Shown: piece after piece, positions 29,265-39,135 of the stretch
Layout: every line of letters starts with the position of its first letter
How positions within the stretch are numbered: position 1 is the stretch's first letter
NCBI GenBank assembly: GCA_002762985.1
Contig: PCXZ01000030.1
Location: 11,692 to 75,691 of the forward strand
DNA length: 64,000 nucleotides
Source: Candidatus Woesearchaeota archaeon CG10_big_fil_rev_8_21_14_0_10_44_13
GTDB lineage: Archaea > Nanobdellota > Nanobdellia > Woesearchaeales > UBA12501
Reading direction: 5' to 3'
The notes under the pieces: model-generated
What the model saw: the letters and a program-made list of their open reading frames with translations, nothing else
Databases searched by the model: none
Told to the model about the DNA's origin: nothing
Made by a program: the position numbers and the translations under genes

Positions 29265-30349
29265 TTGAACAAATTGCAGTAAAGTTTATGAAATGGGTAA
29301 TGAGGCTGGGAAGATTATTCAACAGCTCGAAAAACTTATTTGACAAGAAATCTGTGAATAAGATCTTAGTCATAGACACAAATAATCTTGGGGATTTCTT
29401 TTTCACAATCCCCTCTATAAAGGCGATAAGAAAGGAATTCCCGAATGCTGACCTAAGAGTGGTTGTCTGGAAAGAGGTAGCGCCCATATCGAAAAAAATG
29501 AAGTGGATAGACCAAACTGTCATCTGTGAGAAAAAGAGCATGATAAGAAATGCAGGCCTGATAAATATGCTAAGGAAAGAAAGATTCGACCTTGTGATAA
29601 ACATGCAGCTCGACATAAGGAAGATCCTTTTAGCCTACATCATAAATGCAAAGTTCTCGATAGGGCATGATATAAGGGAGTTTGGTTTCATGCTGTCAAG
29701 ATCCGTTCCGCTCAGGCTCAGATACTGGCCAGAGGTGTATCTTGACCTCATCAGGCCGATCACCCAAAAAAATTTGGATAATAACATAACATTTGATATT
29801 TACAGGAAGGATTATGATTTTATAGAAAGATATGTCAAGAAGAAAGGGCTTGTAAAAAAAGATTCGCTGGTCGGCATACATCCTGGGGTCGGAGAGTTTA
29901 TCCCTCAGAAAAGATGGGAAGAGAAAAAATTTGCGGAGTTATGTGACATACTCCAAGAGAAGTACGGACTGAGTGTGCTATTAGTGGGTTCCTCATCTGA
30001 AACGGAGATGATAAGGCGCATAAGGGATGCAATGAAGACAAAATGCATAGAGGTATGCGATTTGAGCATAGACAGGCTGCCAGCACTTATAAGCAGATAT
30101 AAACTATTTGTAGGGGTGGATTCCGCGCCGTTACATATAGCTACAGCGCTCAATGTACCTTCCATAGTTTTATGCGGGCCACAGGACCCAAATATGGTGC
30201 TTCCTGCAAGAAAGAACATGATTGTATTAAGAAAAGACGTAAAATGCAATCCATGTTATAAAGAAGAGAAGATAAAGTGCGATGACAACATCTGCATGAA
30301 ATCCATACAAGTAGGTGAGGTAGTATCGGCCATAAGAAAGATGATATGA
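29261..30349 (+). CDS. GT9 ADP-heptose:glycan heptosyltransferase (WaaF/WaaQ-like)
   Basis: KILVIDTNNLGD, AIRKEFPNA, IHPG...KRW, VGVDSAPLHIATALNVPSIVLCGP, CNPC...CM; these are GT9 signature blocks. Confidence 0.9.
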   Translation: MIEQIAVKFMKWVMRLGRLFNSSKNLFDKKSVNKILVIDTNNLGDFFFTIPSIKAIRKEFPNADLRVVVWKEVAPISKKMKWIDQTVICEKKSMIRNAGLINMLRKERFDLVINMQLDIRKILLAYIINAKFSIGHDIREFGFMLSRSVPLRLRYWPEVYLDLIRPITQKNLDNNITFDIYRKDYDFIERYVKKKGLVKKDSLVGIHPGVGEFIPQKRWEEKKFAELCDILQEKYGLSVLLVGSSSETEMIRRIRDAMKTKCIEVCDLSIDRLPALISRYKLFVGVDSAPLHIATALNVPSIVLCGPQDPNMVLPARKNMIVLRKDVKCNPCYKEEKIKCDDNICMKSIQVGEVVSAIRKMI

Positions 30350-31845
30350 GGGAAAGGGTAAGTAAGTATAGATTAGGTGCATTCTTATTTTTTGCACTTG
30401 TAGGGCTCATACTGGGTGCTATGTCTTTTTTCTTGCCTTCAGGACTATTCAAGATAATGCTGTTAGTCGTGCTTTCCTGCATAATCCTGGTTCATCTCAT
30501 GCAAAAAGGGATATTCTATCTTATAACTCTTGCAATATTCTTCAGTATGACGCTGCCAAAAGCAGGTTTTGAATTTAATGATATACCTTTCACAATAGGG
30601 AATGTCTTGCTTGCGGCCTCATTCGTGCTGTGGGTAATAAAATTAACAAAAGAGCATGTAATGACGGGCCTGATACGTCTGAAAAAAACGGTGATTGACA
30701 AGCCATTCATGCTTTATGTGGTCATGGCATTGATATCAGTTTTCATCTCTCTCTATTTCAATGCCAACCCCTACAACATAATCTTTGAGGCGATAATATT
30801 TTTAGGTTATGCTTTTGTGTTCTATCTTATTGTGAACAATATAAAAGATGAGAAACAAATAAGGCTGGTCTTTCTGCTTTTGACAGCATCGGCGTTTCTG
30901 GTTTCCATATACGGCATAATGCAATATTTCATAGACCCAAAAAAGATATCTATCCCATTCTTAACATACCCTGCGGATCACCCCTCATTGTATTTATTCC
31001 TCGACAGGAACAGGAGAATTTTCTCTACTTTTGTTAACCCAAACCTGCTTGGGAATTATCTTGTGATGTTCATGTTCATACCATTGGGCATTTTTTTAAA
31101 TGAAAAAAGAGACTCAAGGTACATTTATCTCATTCTTTTTGCAATAACGATGTATTGCCTTTTCCTTACGGGGTCAAGAGGGGCGTTGATTGGTTTTATA
31201 GCGGGGATGTTTGTGCTGTTTTTAACTGACGGATTCAATATAAAGAGGGTATTCAAGTATTTATTCGTTGTATTGGTGCTTGTGTCATTGGCCCTTATCA
31301 TCAGCCCAAGGATCATAGAATTTAACACAAACACTTTCAGCGATTTCTCCATGGGTGTGAGGGTCCAGAATTATAAGAGGATATTTGAGACGATAGAAGA
31401 ATACCCATTTGGTATGGGGCTCGGCACGTCTTCTGGAATTGATTATCTTTCAGAGATACAGATTATAGAAGTTGGCCCAGGAATGATCTGGCAGACAGGG
31501 GTGCACAGCCTTTATGGCTCGATAATCATAAAGATGGGAATCTTTGGCCTTTTGTTCTTTTTATGGATCATGAGAAAGGTTTACTCGTCTTTTTTTGCCG
31601 GCCTAGAACCATTAGAAAGAAGGGAGGGACGGTTTTCCTTCTTAAGAGGGTGCCTGATAGGGGCAATAGCGGGCCTTTCAGCAAACCTCATACATTCGTT
31701 CATGGAGTTCGCGTGGGTTTTCCCCCACCTAGCTGAAGATTTTTGGATTTTGGTTGGATGCATTGTTGCATTATCAAACATAATAATAAAAGAATCGTCA
31801 AAATCAGGTCGGAACAAAAAAAGAGGTCATCTTATCGATAAATAG
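30346..31845 (+). CDS. O-antigen ligase/polymerase family (WaaL/Wzy_C) membrane protein
   Basis: About 12 TM segments; RIFSTFVNPNLLGNYL, LTGSRGALIG, GVRVQNY, GMGLG, GVHSLY (conserved His), LIHSFME. Confidence 0.85.
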   Translation: MRERVSKYRLGAFLFFALVGLILGAMSFFLPSGLFKIMLLVVLSCIILVHLMQKGIFYLITLAIFFSMTLPKAGFEFNDIPFTIGNVLLAASFVLWVIKLTKEHVMTGLIRLKKTVIDKPFMLYVVMALISVFISLYFNANPYNIIFEAIIFLGYAFVFYLIVNNIKDEKQIRLVFLLLTASAFLVSIYGIMQYFIDPKKISIPFLTYPADHPSLYLFLDRNRRIFSTFVNPNLLGNYLVMFMFIPLGIFLNEKRDSRYIYLILFAITMYCLFLTGSRGALIGFIAGMFVLFLTDGFNIKRVFKYLFVVLVLVSLALIISPRIIEFNTNTFSDFSMGVRVQNYKRIFETIEEYPFGMGLGTSSGIDYLSEIQIIEVGPGMIWQTGVHSLYGSIIIKMGIFGLLFFLWIMRKVYSSFFAGLEPLERREGRFSFLRGCLIGAIAGLSANLIHSFMEFAWVFPHLAEDFWILVGCIVALSNIIIKESSKSGRNKKRGHLIDK

Positions 31846-31860
31846 ATTAAAAAGAAGCAA

Positions 31861-33027
31861 ATGAAAAATAATAAAGATAAGAAAAGGAAAAAGAAGATAT
31901 TATTCATAGAGAATAAATATGAGATATCTGGTGGACAGATGGTGTTGATCAATCTACTTAGGAATATTGACAGATCCATATTCGAGCCATATGTAGTTAC
32001 GCAAAGGAAAGGTGAATTGTACAATGTGTTAAGGGAGATGGGAGTTAAAGTGATGTTTCTAAGACTGGATTTTCTGCCAGTACAGTATAACCGTTGCCCT
32101 TACGTATCCCCTTGGGGGGTATATAAACTGATGAAGTTAATAAAAAAGTATGATATAGACATTGTACATTCGAATAACCTCTACTCAAACAAATATGGGG
32201 CTATTGCGGCCAAGATAGCCGGGATCCCTTCTGTATGGACAATACACAACGAATATAAGAAAAATCCAATATTAAGAATGCTTTATAGGATCACAAACAG
32301 GGTAATTTTTGTGTCTAAAAGAGTAGGTGTCATATTCCAGGATCCTGAGAATAATAAAGGAAGAGTGATATATAATGGGGCAGATACAAAGAAGTTTTTC
32401 AAAAGGCTTCCGAAAAGGGAGGATTATCTAAGATTTGGGATTAAAAAAGGCTCTTTTGTTGTGGGGATGATAGCAAGGATACATCCTTTTAAGGGGTATG
32501 AATGCTTATGCAAGAGCATAGCAATAGTATCAAAAAAATACCCTGAAGTTGTCGTCCTTGCCCTTGGAAAGACTGTTGAAGGCAGCAGATATGATATGAG
32601 CATAAAGGGGCTCATAAAAAAGCTTGGAATAGAGAAAAATTTCATATTCGGCGGTTTCGAAAAAGATGTAAGTAAAATAATCCCATTATTCTCTATCCTT
32701 GTGCTCCCTTCAGTAAAAGGAGAAGGATTTCCCCTTGTGATCCTGGAAGCCCAGGCCATGGGAAAACCTGTGGTCTCTTCAAGGATTGCCGGAGTGCCCG
32801 AGATGATTGAGGAAGGAAAAAATGGGTTGATGGTTAAGCCAGGGGATTATAGGGATATTGCAAAAAAGATAATTATACTCATAGAGGATCCGGATCTACG
32901 CAAAAAGATTGGTGAAGCAGGGAGAAAAACAGTGAATAGGGATTTCACGCTAAAAAAGACAGTAAGGGAAACTGAAAAACTGTATATTGAGGTTTTGAAT
33001 GAGTGGAAAAGCAAAAAAAGAGATTAA
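31861..33027 (+). CDS. GT4 glycosyltransferase
   Basis: ISGGQ, IVHSN, VIYNGAD, ARIHPFKG, EGFPLVILEAQAMGKPVV. Confidence 0.92.
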   Translation: MKNNKDKKRKKKILFIENKYEISGGQMVLINLLRNIDRSIFEPYVVTQRKGELYNVLREMGVKVMFLRLDFLPVQYNRCPYVSPWGVYKLMKLIKKYDIDIVHSNNLYSNKYGAIAAKIAGIPSVWTIHNEYKKNPILRMLYRITNRVIFVSKRVGVIFQDPENNKGRVIYNGADTKKFFKRLPKREDYLRFGIKKGSFVVGMIARIHPFKGYECLCKSIAIVSKKYPEVVVLALGKTVEGSRYDMSIKGLIKKLGIEKNFIFGGFEKDVSKIIPLFSILVLPSVKGEGFPLVILEAQAMGKPVVSSRIAGVPEMIEEGKNGLMVKPGDYRDIAKKIIILIEDPDLRKKIGEAGRKTVNRDFTLKKTVRETEKLYIEVLNEWKSKKRD

Positions 33028-33883
33028 AACTTGTGGTGCAAATAATATGGGATACGGATTAGAGTATACAAAATGCAACCTATGCGGATCAGGGAGTTAT
33101 GATATACTCCAAAACCCGGATTCGTTCAGGATTGTAAAATGCAAGAAGTGCGGTTTGATATATGTAAACCCCAGACCGGATCAGAAATATATAAAAGAAT
33201 TTTATTCGAAGACCTCCAACTATGCCGAATGGCACAAGCAGAAAGAAGGGAGAGAAAAGATGTGGGAGAAGAGGGTAAAAGAGCTGGTCGGGGTTGCAAA
33301 TGAGAATAATATCCAAAAGGGCAGCATTCTTGATATAGGCTGTGGTATAGGGACTTTTCTTTCTATGATGAAAGACAAAGGTTGGCGATGCTCGGGGACT
33401 GAGATATCTGAAATAGCCTTAGATTCCTTAGAACGTGGTATAGATGTGTTTGTTGGTCCCATTGAGAACATGAAACCGAATAAGAGATTCGACATAATAA
33501 CTATATGGCATGTTCTTGAACATCTTCCTGACCCATTAAAGACCCTTAATAAGGCAAATTCCCTTTTAAAGGATGAGGGGATGATAGTGGTTGCTGTCCC
33601 TAATGCAGAAGAGAGGATTTTCCTGTTCCTGAAGACCACCATCAGGATGAAAAGACAGTATCTTTTCTCAAAAGATTCAAAAGAGATACATCTCTATCAT
33701 TTCTCGCAAAGCAGCCTAAGAAAGATGATGGAGAAAGCAGGTTTTACCATAATAAAAGAAGCAGTTGACACTCCAGGCATAACATTTGCAAGAAGATTTT
33801 TTGATGATATTGCAGGATTTGTTTTTAGGATTACTGGGAAAAATATCGGAATTGCGCTTAAGATATATGCAAAAAAACAGTAA
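32999..33883 (+). CDS. Class I SAM-dependent methyltransferase with N-terminal Zn-ribbon
   Basis: CNLCGS...CKKCGLIYVNPRP; ILDIGCGIG, FDIITIWHVLEH, HLYHFS; the start may be ATG 33047. Confidence 0.88.
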   Translation: MSGKAKKEIKTCGANNMGYGLEYTKCNLCGSGSYDILQNPDSFRIVKCKKCGLIYVNPRPDQKYIKEFYSKTSNYAEWHKQKEGREKMWEKRVKELVGVANENNIQKGSILDIGCGIGTFLSMMKDKGWRCSGTEISEIALDSLERGIDVFVGPIENMKPNKRFDIITIWHVLEHLPDPLKTLNKANSLLKDEGMIVVAVPNAEERIFLFLKTTIRMKRQYLFSKDSKEIHLYHFSQSSLRKMMEKAGFTIIKEAVDTPGITFARRFFDDIAGFVFRITGKNIGIALKIYAKKQ

Positions 33884-33905
33884 AATAATAATAGGGGGAT
33901 AAAAG

Positions 33906-35054
33906 ATGATAAGGATAGGCATTGATGCAAGAGGGATAAAGGGAAGGATGACTGGCATTGGAAGGTATACTTATAACCTAATAGAGAATATAGCAAAAGA
34001 GGATAAAGAGGATGAATATGTCCTTCTTGTTAATGATGAAGTGCAATTGAAGGAATTCACAGTTAAGAATGGGAATTTTAGGATCAGAAAAACATGGGTG
34101 AAGCCCATATCGATATTTGAACAGTTTTTCCTCCCTTTCCTGTTACTAAAAGAAAAAATAAGCGTTTTCCATGGCTGCGGAGGAAGCCTGCCTTTGTGGC
34201 AGCCAAAAAAGTGTATCATAACTGTGCATGACATAACCGGCTTCAAGATTGATATTAAGAACAGCATATTGGGGATCCCTCTTTTAAAAATTTACATAAA
34301 GTTCTTTGTGAAGAATGAGGCAAAGAAAGCCAGGAGGGTCGTTACAGACTCTGAAAGCACTAAAAAAGATATTGTTGACGAACTTGGTATCAAACCTGAA
34401 AAGATAAATGTAGTTTATCTTGCTGCTTCAGACCAGTTCAGGGTGATCAGCAAGAAGGCCTCTAAAGAATATGTAAAGAAGAGATTTAACATAAAAAAGC
34501 CGTTCATACTGTATCATGGAAACAAAAAACCGCACAAGAATATAATAAAGATAATCCAAGCTTTCAGCAGGTTGGACAGGAAAAAAAGTTATAATCTTGT
34601 GATAACGGGAAAAGACGACTCCTCTCATTCTGAAACTGACATGTCCTCCATAAAAAGGGAGGTCAAGAGAAGAGATGTAGATGAGGAAGTGGTATTCACA
34701 GGTTATGTCTCCGATGAAGACGCTGTTCACCTTTATAATTCTGCAGAGGTGTTCGTATTCCCGAGTTATTATGAGGGATTCGGGCTGCCTGTGCTTGAAG
34801 CGATGAAATGCGGGTGCCCAGTGATCACATCAAACATCTCAAGTCTTCCTGAAGTCGCCGGAAATGCTGGGATCCTTGTGGATCCAGATTCTGTTGAAGA
34901 TATAAAGAACAGCATAGAGCGCGTATTATCGGATAAAAGCCTAAGAGAAAAGATGCGGAAAAAAGGGATTGCACAATCTAAGAGATTCAGCTGGAAGACT
35001 GCTGCAAAAGAGATATTGTCTGTCTACAGGGAGGTAGCCGATGAAAAAGATTGA
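33906..35054 (+). CDS. GT4 glycosyltransferase (mannosyltransferase-like)
   Basis: RIGIDAR, TGIGRY, TVHD, KPHKN, FPSYYEGFGLPVLEAMKCG. Confidence 0.92.
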   Translation: MIRIGIDARGIKGRMTGIGRYTYNLIENIAKEDKEDEYVLLVNDEVQLKEFTVKNGNFRIRKTWVKPISIFEQFFLPFLLLKEKISVFHGCGGSLPLWQPKKCIITVHDITGFKIDIKNSILGIPLLKIYIKFFVKNEAKKARRVVTDSESTKKDIVDELGIKPEKINVVYLAASDQFRVISKKASKEYVKKRFNIKKPFILYHGNKKPHKNIIKIIQAFSRLDRKKSYNLVITGKDDSSHSETDMSSIKREVKRRDVDEEVVFTGYVSDEDAVHLYNSAEVFVFPSYYEGFGLPVLEAMKCGCPVITSNISSLPEVAGNAGILVDPDSVEDIKNSIERVLSDKSLREKMRKKGIAQSKRFSWKTAAKEILSVYREVADEKD

Positions 35055-36156
35055 AGTGTTGCATATAGGCAAGTATTACCATCCTGTAAAAGGGGGCATA
35101 GAGAACCATATGATCAACCTATTCAGCAGGATAAAAGATAAGGTTGAACTCAAAGTGATTGTTTCAAATACATGTTGCAGTAAGGAGAGGTCTGTAATTA
35201 ACGGTGTTGCTATAACCCGATTGTCAAGGATTATTGAGCTGTTCTCAACACCGATAAATCCAAGCCTATTTTGGGAGATAAAGGGATTCAAAGGGGACAT
35301 AATACACCTGCATCTTCCGAACCCTTTCGCAAATCTCGCATATCTGCTTGCAAACCCCAAGAAAAAATTGGTCATAAAATACCATAGCGACATAATAAAA
35401 CAAAGATTTCTTCTCAGACTATACTCTCCTTTCCTTAAGATGTTGCTTAGGAAAGCAGACAAGATAATAGCAACATCACCCATTTACGTTGAAAGCTCTC
35501 CAATCCTCAAGGGATTCAAGGATAAATGTGTGGTAATACCTTTAGGGGTGGATGTAAGTGGTTTTAAGCTTGATGATGGAAGAAGAAAGATATTGGAGAA
35601 CATAAAGAAAATGCACAATAAAAGAAAGATTGTGCTTTTTGTAGGCAGGCTTGTCTATTACAAAGGGGTTGAATATCTTATAAAGGCGCACAAAGATGTC
35701 GATGCAGACCTGATAATAATAGGAAAAGGCCCTCTTGAGAATGGATTAAAGACTATGACTAAAAAACTTGGGATTGATAAGAAGGTCTTCTTTTATGGGG
35801 AAGTTGCTGACCTGGTGCCACTTTATCACGCCTGTGACGTTTTTGTCCTGCCATCTATAGAGAGAAGCGAGGCTTTTGGGATTGTGCAGCTTGAAGCGAT
35901 GGCTTGCAGCAAGCCTGTTGTTTCTTCAAATCTAAATTCAGGTGTGGTCTATGTCAATATGGACAGAAAAACAGGGATTGTTGTTGAACCAAAAGACAGC
36001 AAAGAGCTTTCAGAAGCGATAAACTATCTTATGAAAAACCCGTCTGTGGCAAAAAAGTATGGAAGATTCGCAAAGATGAGGGTAGAGAAAGAGTTCACAA
36101 ACGAGATCAATGCCAATAAAGTGATAAGGCTATACAACCGACTTTTAGAAAGATGA
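35041..36156 (+). CDS. GT4 glycosyltransferase
   Basis: HIGKYYHPVKGGIE, HLHLPNP, YHSDI, VGRLVYYKG, RSEAFGIVQLEAMAC. Confidence 0.92.
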   Translation: MKKIEVLHIGKYYHPVKGGIENHMINLFSRIKDKVELKVIVSNTCCSKERSVINGVAITRLSRIIELFSTPINPSLFWEIKGFKGDIIHLHLPNPFANLAYLLANPKKKLVIKYHSDIIKQRFLLRLYSPFLKMLLRKADKIIATSPIYVESSPILKGFKDKCVVIPLGVDVSGFKLDDGRRKILENIKKMHNKRKIVLFVGRLVYYKGVEYLIKAHKDVDADLIIIGKGPLENGLKTMTKKLGIDKKVFFYGEVADLVPLYHACDVFVLPSIERSEAFGIVQLEAMACSKPVVSSNLNSGVVYVNMDRKTGIVVEPKDSKELSEAINYLMKNPSVAKKYGRFAKMRVEKEFTNEINANKVIRLYNRLLER

Positions 36157-36161
36157 TTTAA

Positions 36162-37115
36162 TCAGTTGTTTCTCCAAAAGATGAGGATATCCTCCAAAGT
36201 TGAGATAAATCTTCTCTTGGCCAGCCATCCTGTCGCATGAATGAACTTTGAATTGTCGCCAAGGAGTTCATGAATATCTGCGGGCCTTAACCTGCTATTG
36301 TCCTTTTTCACCACTATCCCTTCTGATTTTGAAAGAGAGATCAGCATGTCCAGTATCTCTTTCATAGAATATGACCTGCCTGAACATATATTGTATATCT
36401 CGCCTGAGATGCATTTTTTAATCGCAATAGGGTAAGCATGAGTCATGTCTCTGACATCAGAGAAGTCTCTTTTAGCGCTAAGATCGCCCGTATTTATCTC
36501 TGCCGCCTGCAGCCCTTTCTCTATCCTAACAATCTGATGCGCGAAGTCAGAGCAGACAAATATCGGCAGCTGCCCCGGCCCAGTATGATTGAAACTCCTT
36601 GAGATCACAATATCCATCCCTTTTTTCTTCACATAATCAAGCGCAACTTTTTCCTGCTCGACCCTTGACTTCGCATAAGGGTTCCCGGGGTTCAATGGAT
36701 GTTTTTCATCGACAGGGAGATATTGCGGCTTCCCATAAACCTCAGCAGATGAAACAATGAGTATTCTTGGGCTTATCCTCGCCCCGATGACTGCATCCAG
36801 GAGATTCCTCGTGCCTTCGACATTCACCCTGAAGCATAGCTCAGGATTCTTCCAGCTTTGCGCTACTGAGCTGAATCCTGCAAGATGGAATATCCAGTCA
36901 GGCTTAACCTCAGAAATGACCTCGAGCGCCTCTTTCCTGTCAGTTACGTCAAGATGGAAATTCTTGGCTGAGCTTATGGGCTTTCTTATCTCCTGCAGAT
37001 AAGTGCCGTAAACCTCGACCCCTTCATCAGAAAGTTCCTCTGCAAGATAAGGACCTACGAAGCCGTCAATGCCTGTTATAAGGGCCTTAATCCGGGTTTT
37101 AATCTGAGCTTTCAT
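36162..37115 (-). CDS. GDP-4-keto-6-deoxy-D-mannose reductase (Rmd-like) / Gmd-related SDR
   Basis: LITGIDGFVG, HLAGFSSV, SSAEVYG, SRSFNHTGPGQ, RDFSDVRD; directly downstream of gmd. The YxxxK position reads YAKSR. Confidence 0.75.
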   Translation of the reverse strand: MKAQIKTRIKALITGIDGFVGPYLAEELSDEGVEVYGTYLQEIRKPISSAKNFHLDVTDRKEALEVISEVKPDWIFHLAGFSSVAQSWKNPELCFRVNVEGTRNLLDAVIGARISPRILIVSSAEVYGKPQYLPVDEKHPLNPGNPYAKSRVEQEKVALDYVKKKGMDIVISRSFNHTGPGQLPIFVCSDFAHQIVRIEKGLQAAEINTGDLSAKRDFSDVRDMTHAYPIAIKKCISGEIYNICSGRSYSMKEILDMLISLSKSEGIVVKKDNSRLRPADIHELLGDNSKFIHATGWLAKRRFISTLEDILIFWRNN

Positions 37116-37121
37116 TTTTAC

Positions 37122-38180
37122 CTATCTTCTGCCCTTTGACCCATAAAGCTCTTTCTGCAGCAGTTTCATGTCTGCATCGATCATCTCTTTTACAAGATCC
37201 CTGAACATTACCTTCGGCTTCCAGCCAAGCTCTTTTTTTGCCTTTGACGGGTCGCCAAGCAATACATCGACCTCAGCAGGCCTGTAATAAGAAGGATCAA
37301 TCTTCACTACAGCTTCGCCGGTATCTGTCCTGATATACTCCTCATGGATGCCTTTCTTGCCATTGCTTTTTATGGGGATTCCGGCAACCCTGAATGCCTC
37401 TTCCAAGAATTCCCTTACTGAATGATTCTCGCCCGTAGCAAGCACATAATCATCAGGCTTTTCCTTCTGCAGCATGAGCCACATCCCTTCAATATAATCC
37501 TTTGCGTGCCCCCAATCCCGCTTTGCATCGAGGTTGCCGAGATAGATGCACTTTGAGATGCCCTCTTTTATCTTCGCAACCTCTATCGTTATCTTCCTTG
37601 TGACAAAATTTTCCCCTCTCCTCGGGCTTTCATGGTTGAAAAGGATGCCATTGCAGGCGAACATGCCGTAGCTTTCCCTGTAATTCTTCGTTATCCAGAA
37701 AGCATAAAGCTTTGCGATCCCATAGGGGCTTCTCGGGTAGAAAGATGTTGTCTCTTTCTGGGGTATCTCGACTGCCTTGCCATAAAGCTCTGAAGTCGAG
37801 GCCTGGTAGAACCTTATCTTCTTTCCGGTCTCTTCCTCAACCCTCCTTATGGCCTCGAGCATCCTCACGACACCGACGCCGTTTGCATCTGCAGTGTATT
37901 CCGGGATCTCAAAGCTTATCTTGACATGGCTCTGGGCTGCAAGATTATATATTTCATCAGGCATTGCTTTCCTCAATGCATTGAGTATTGAGCTTGAATC
38001 ACACAGGTCCCCGTAAACAAGCTTGAAATTAGGATTGCTGTGCAAAGGATCTATCCTTGCCCGTTTCATCTCTGATGTCCTTCTCACAAACCCATATACT
38101 TTATATCCTTTTGACAGCAGGAACTCAGTTAGATAGGAGCCATCCTGGCCCGTAACGCCTGTTATTAACGCCGTTTTCAT
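37122..38180 (-). CDS. gmd: GDP-mannose 4,6-dehydratase
   Basis: [70 protein letters not shown]. Confidence 0.97.
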   Translation of the reverse strand: MKTALITGVTGQDGSYLTEFLLSKGYKVYGFVRRTSEMKRARIDPLHSNPNFKLVYGDLCDSSSILNALRKAMPDEIYNLAAQSHVKISFEIPEYTADANGVGVVRMLEAIRRVEEETGKKIRFYQASTSELYGKAVEIPQKETTSFYPRSPYGIAKLYAFWITKNYRESYGMFACNGILFNHESPRRGENFVTRKITIEVAKIKEGISKCIYLGNLDAKRDWGHAKDYIEGMWLMLQKEKPDDYVLATGENHSVREFLEEAFRVAGIPIKSNGKKGIHEEYIRTDTGEAVVKIDPSYYRPAEVDVLLGDPSKAKKELGWKPKVMFRDLVKEMIDADMKLLQKELYGSKGRR

Positions 38181-38221
38181 TAATTTTTAACCCCCCTATA
38201 ACACATCACAGCGGGCTTTTT

Positions 38222-38237
38222 TATATAAATTTAACTG
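38222..38237 (-). promoter_or_regulatory. Archaeal BRE-TATA promoter of gmd (CAGTTAAA TTTATATA)
   Basis: Consensus-like TATA about 40 bp upstream of the gmd ATG; G-rich SD at 38191-38196. Confidence 0.6.
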
Positions 38238-38323
38238 TAAAAAAATTAACTGTAAAGGTGTCAACGCTTATCAACGCCCGCCAGCAAATATTATGCCGCT
38301 GACCGGCATTCAACCATCAACAT

Positions 38324-39010
38324 TCAATCGACAAACCTGTACTTAAGAAGGTAATATATCGCCTTTACGCCATCTCTCCAGCTTATCTTCTTCCCTTCGT
38401 CAAATGACCTGCATTTGTAGTGGATCGGGACTTCAATTATGTTGTAGCCTTTTTTCACCACTTTTGCCGTTATCTCGGGTTCCAATTCGAACCTGTTCGC
38501 CTTAAGGCCAAGACTTTTTATCACGTCTTTCCTGAAAACCTTGTAGCATGTCTCAACATCAGTTATCCTCTTCATGAACAGCACTGATGCGACAAGACTT
38601 ATCAGGAGATTGCCAAGATAATAAAGCCTGTATCTCGCCTTGTGTTTTGCCATGAATCTTGAGCCATAGACCACATCAGCCTTGCCCTGCAAGAGAGGCT
38701 GAAGCAGCTTATGATAATCATTGAGATCATATTCCATATCAGCATCCTGGATTATTATGAAATCGCCTGTCGCCCTGCTGAAACCTTCCCTCACTGAAGC
38801 GCCTTTGCCCCTGTTCTTCTCATTATAGAACACCCTTATGTCTTTGTCCTTTATTTTTTTTAATATCGCCCTTGTCCTGTCTGTTGAGAAATCATCCACG
38901 ATTATTATCTCTTTCTTTATGCCCCCAAGGTCGACATCCTGCACCCTTCTGATCACTTCGTCTATTGTCTTTTCCTCATTGTATACAGGTATTACTATAG
39001 AGAGTTTCAT
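38324..39010 (-). CDS. GT2 polyprenol/dolichol-phosphate glycosyltransferase (DPM1-like)
   Basis: Likely start MKLSIVIPVYNEE at 39010; VDDFSTD, NRGKG, QDADMEY, DVVYGSRF, DVETCYK. Confidence 0.88.
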   Translation of the reverse strand: MKLSIVIPVYNEEKTIDEVIRRVQDVDLGGIKKEIIIVDDFSTDRTRAILKKIKDKDIRVFYNEKNRGKGASVREGFSRATGDFIIIQDADMEYDLNDYHKLLQPLLQGKADVVYGSRFMAKHKARYRLYYLGNLLISLVASVLFMKRITDVETCYKVFRKDVIKSLGLKANRFELEPEITAKVVKKGYNIIEVPIHYKCRSFDEGKKISWRDGVKAIYYLLKYRFVD

Positions 39011-39135
39011 CGAGATTGGGCTGGATGCGGTATTAATAAAGTTAATTGTTTTGGGGCTATGTCCTAAACAAGGGTTGAGCAATATGCATGAAAAACGCAA
39101 AAACCTTAAAAACAAGCTCTTAATCCCTGCCTTGT

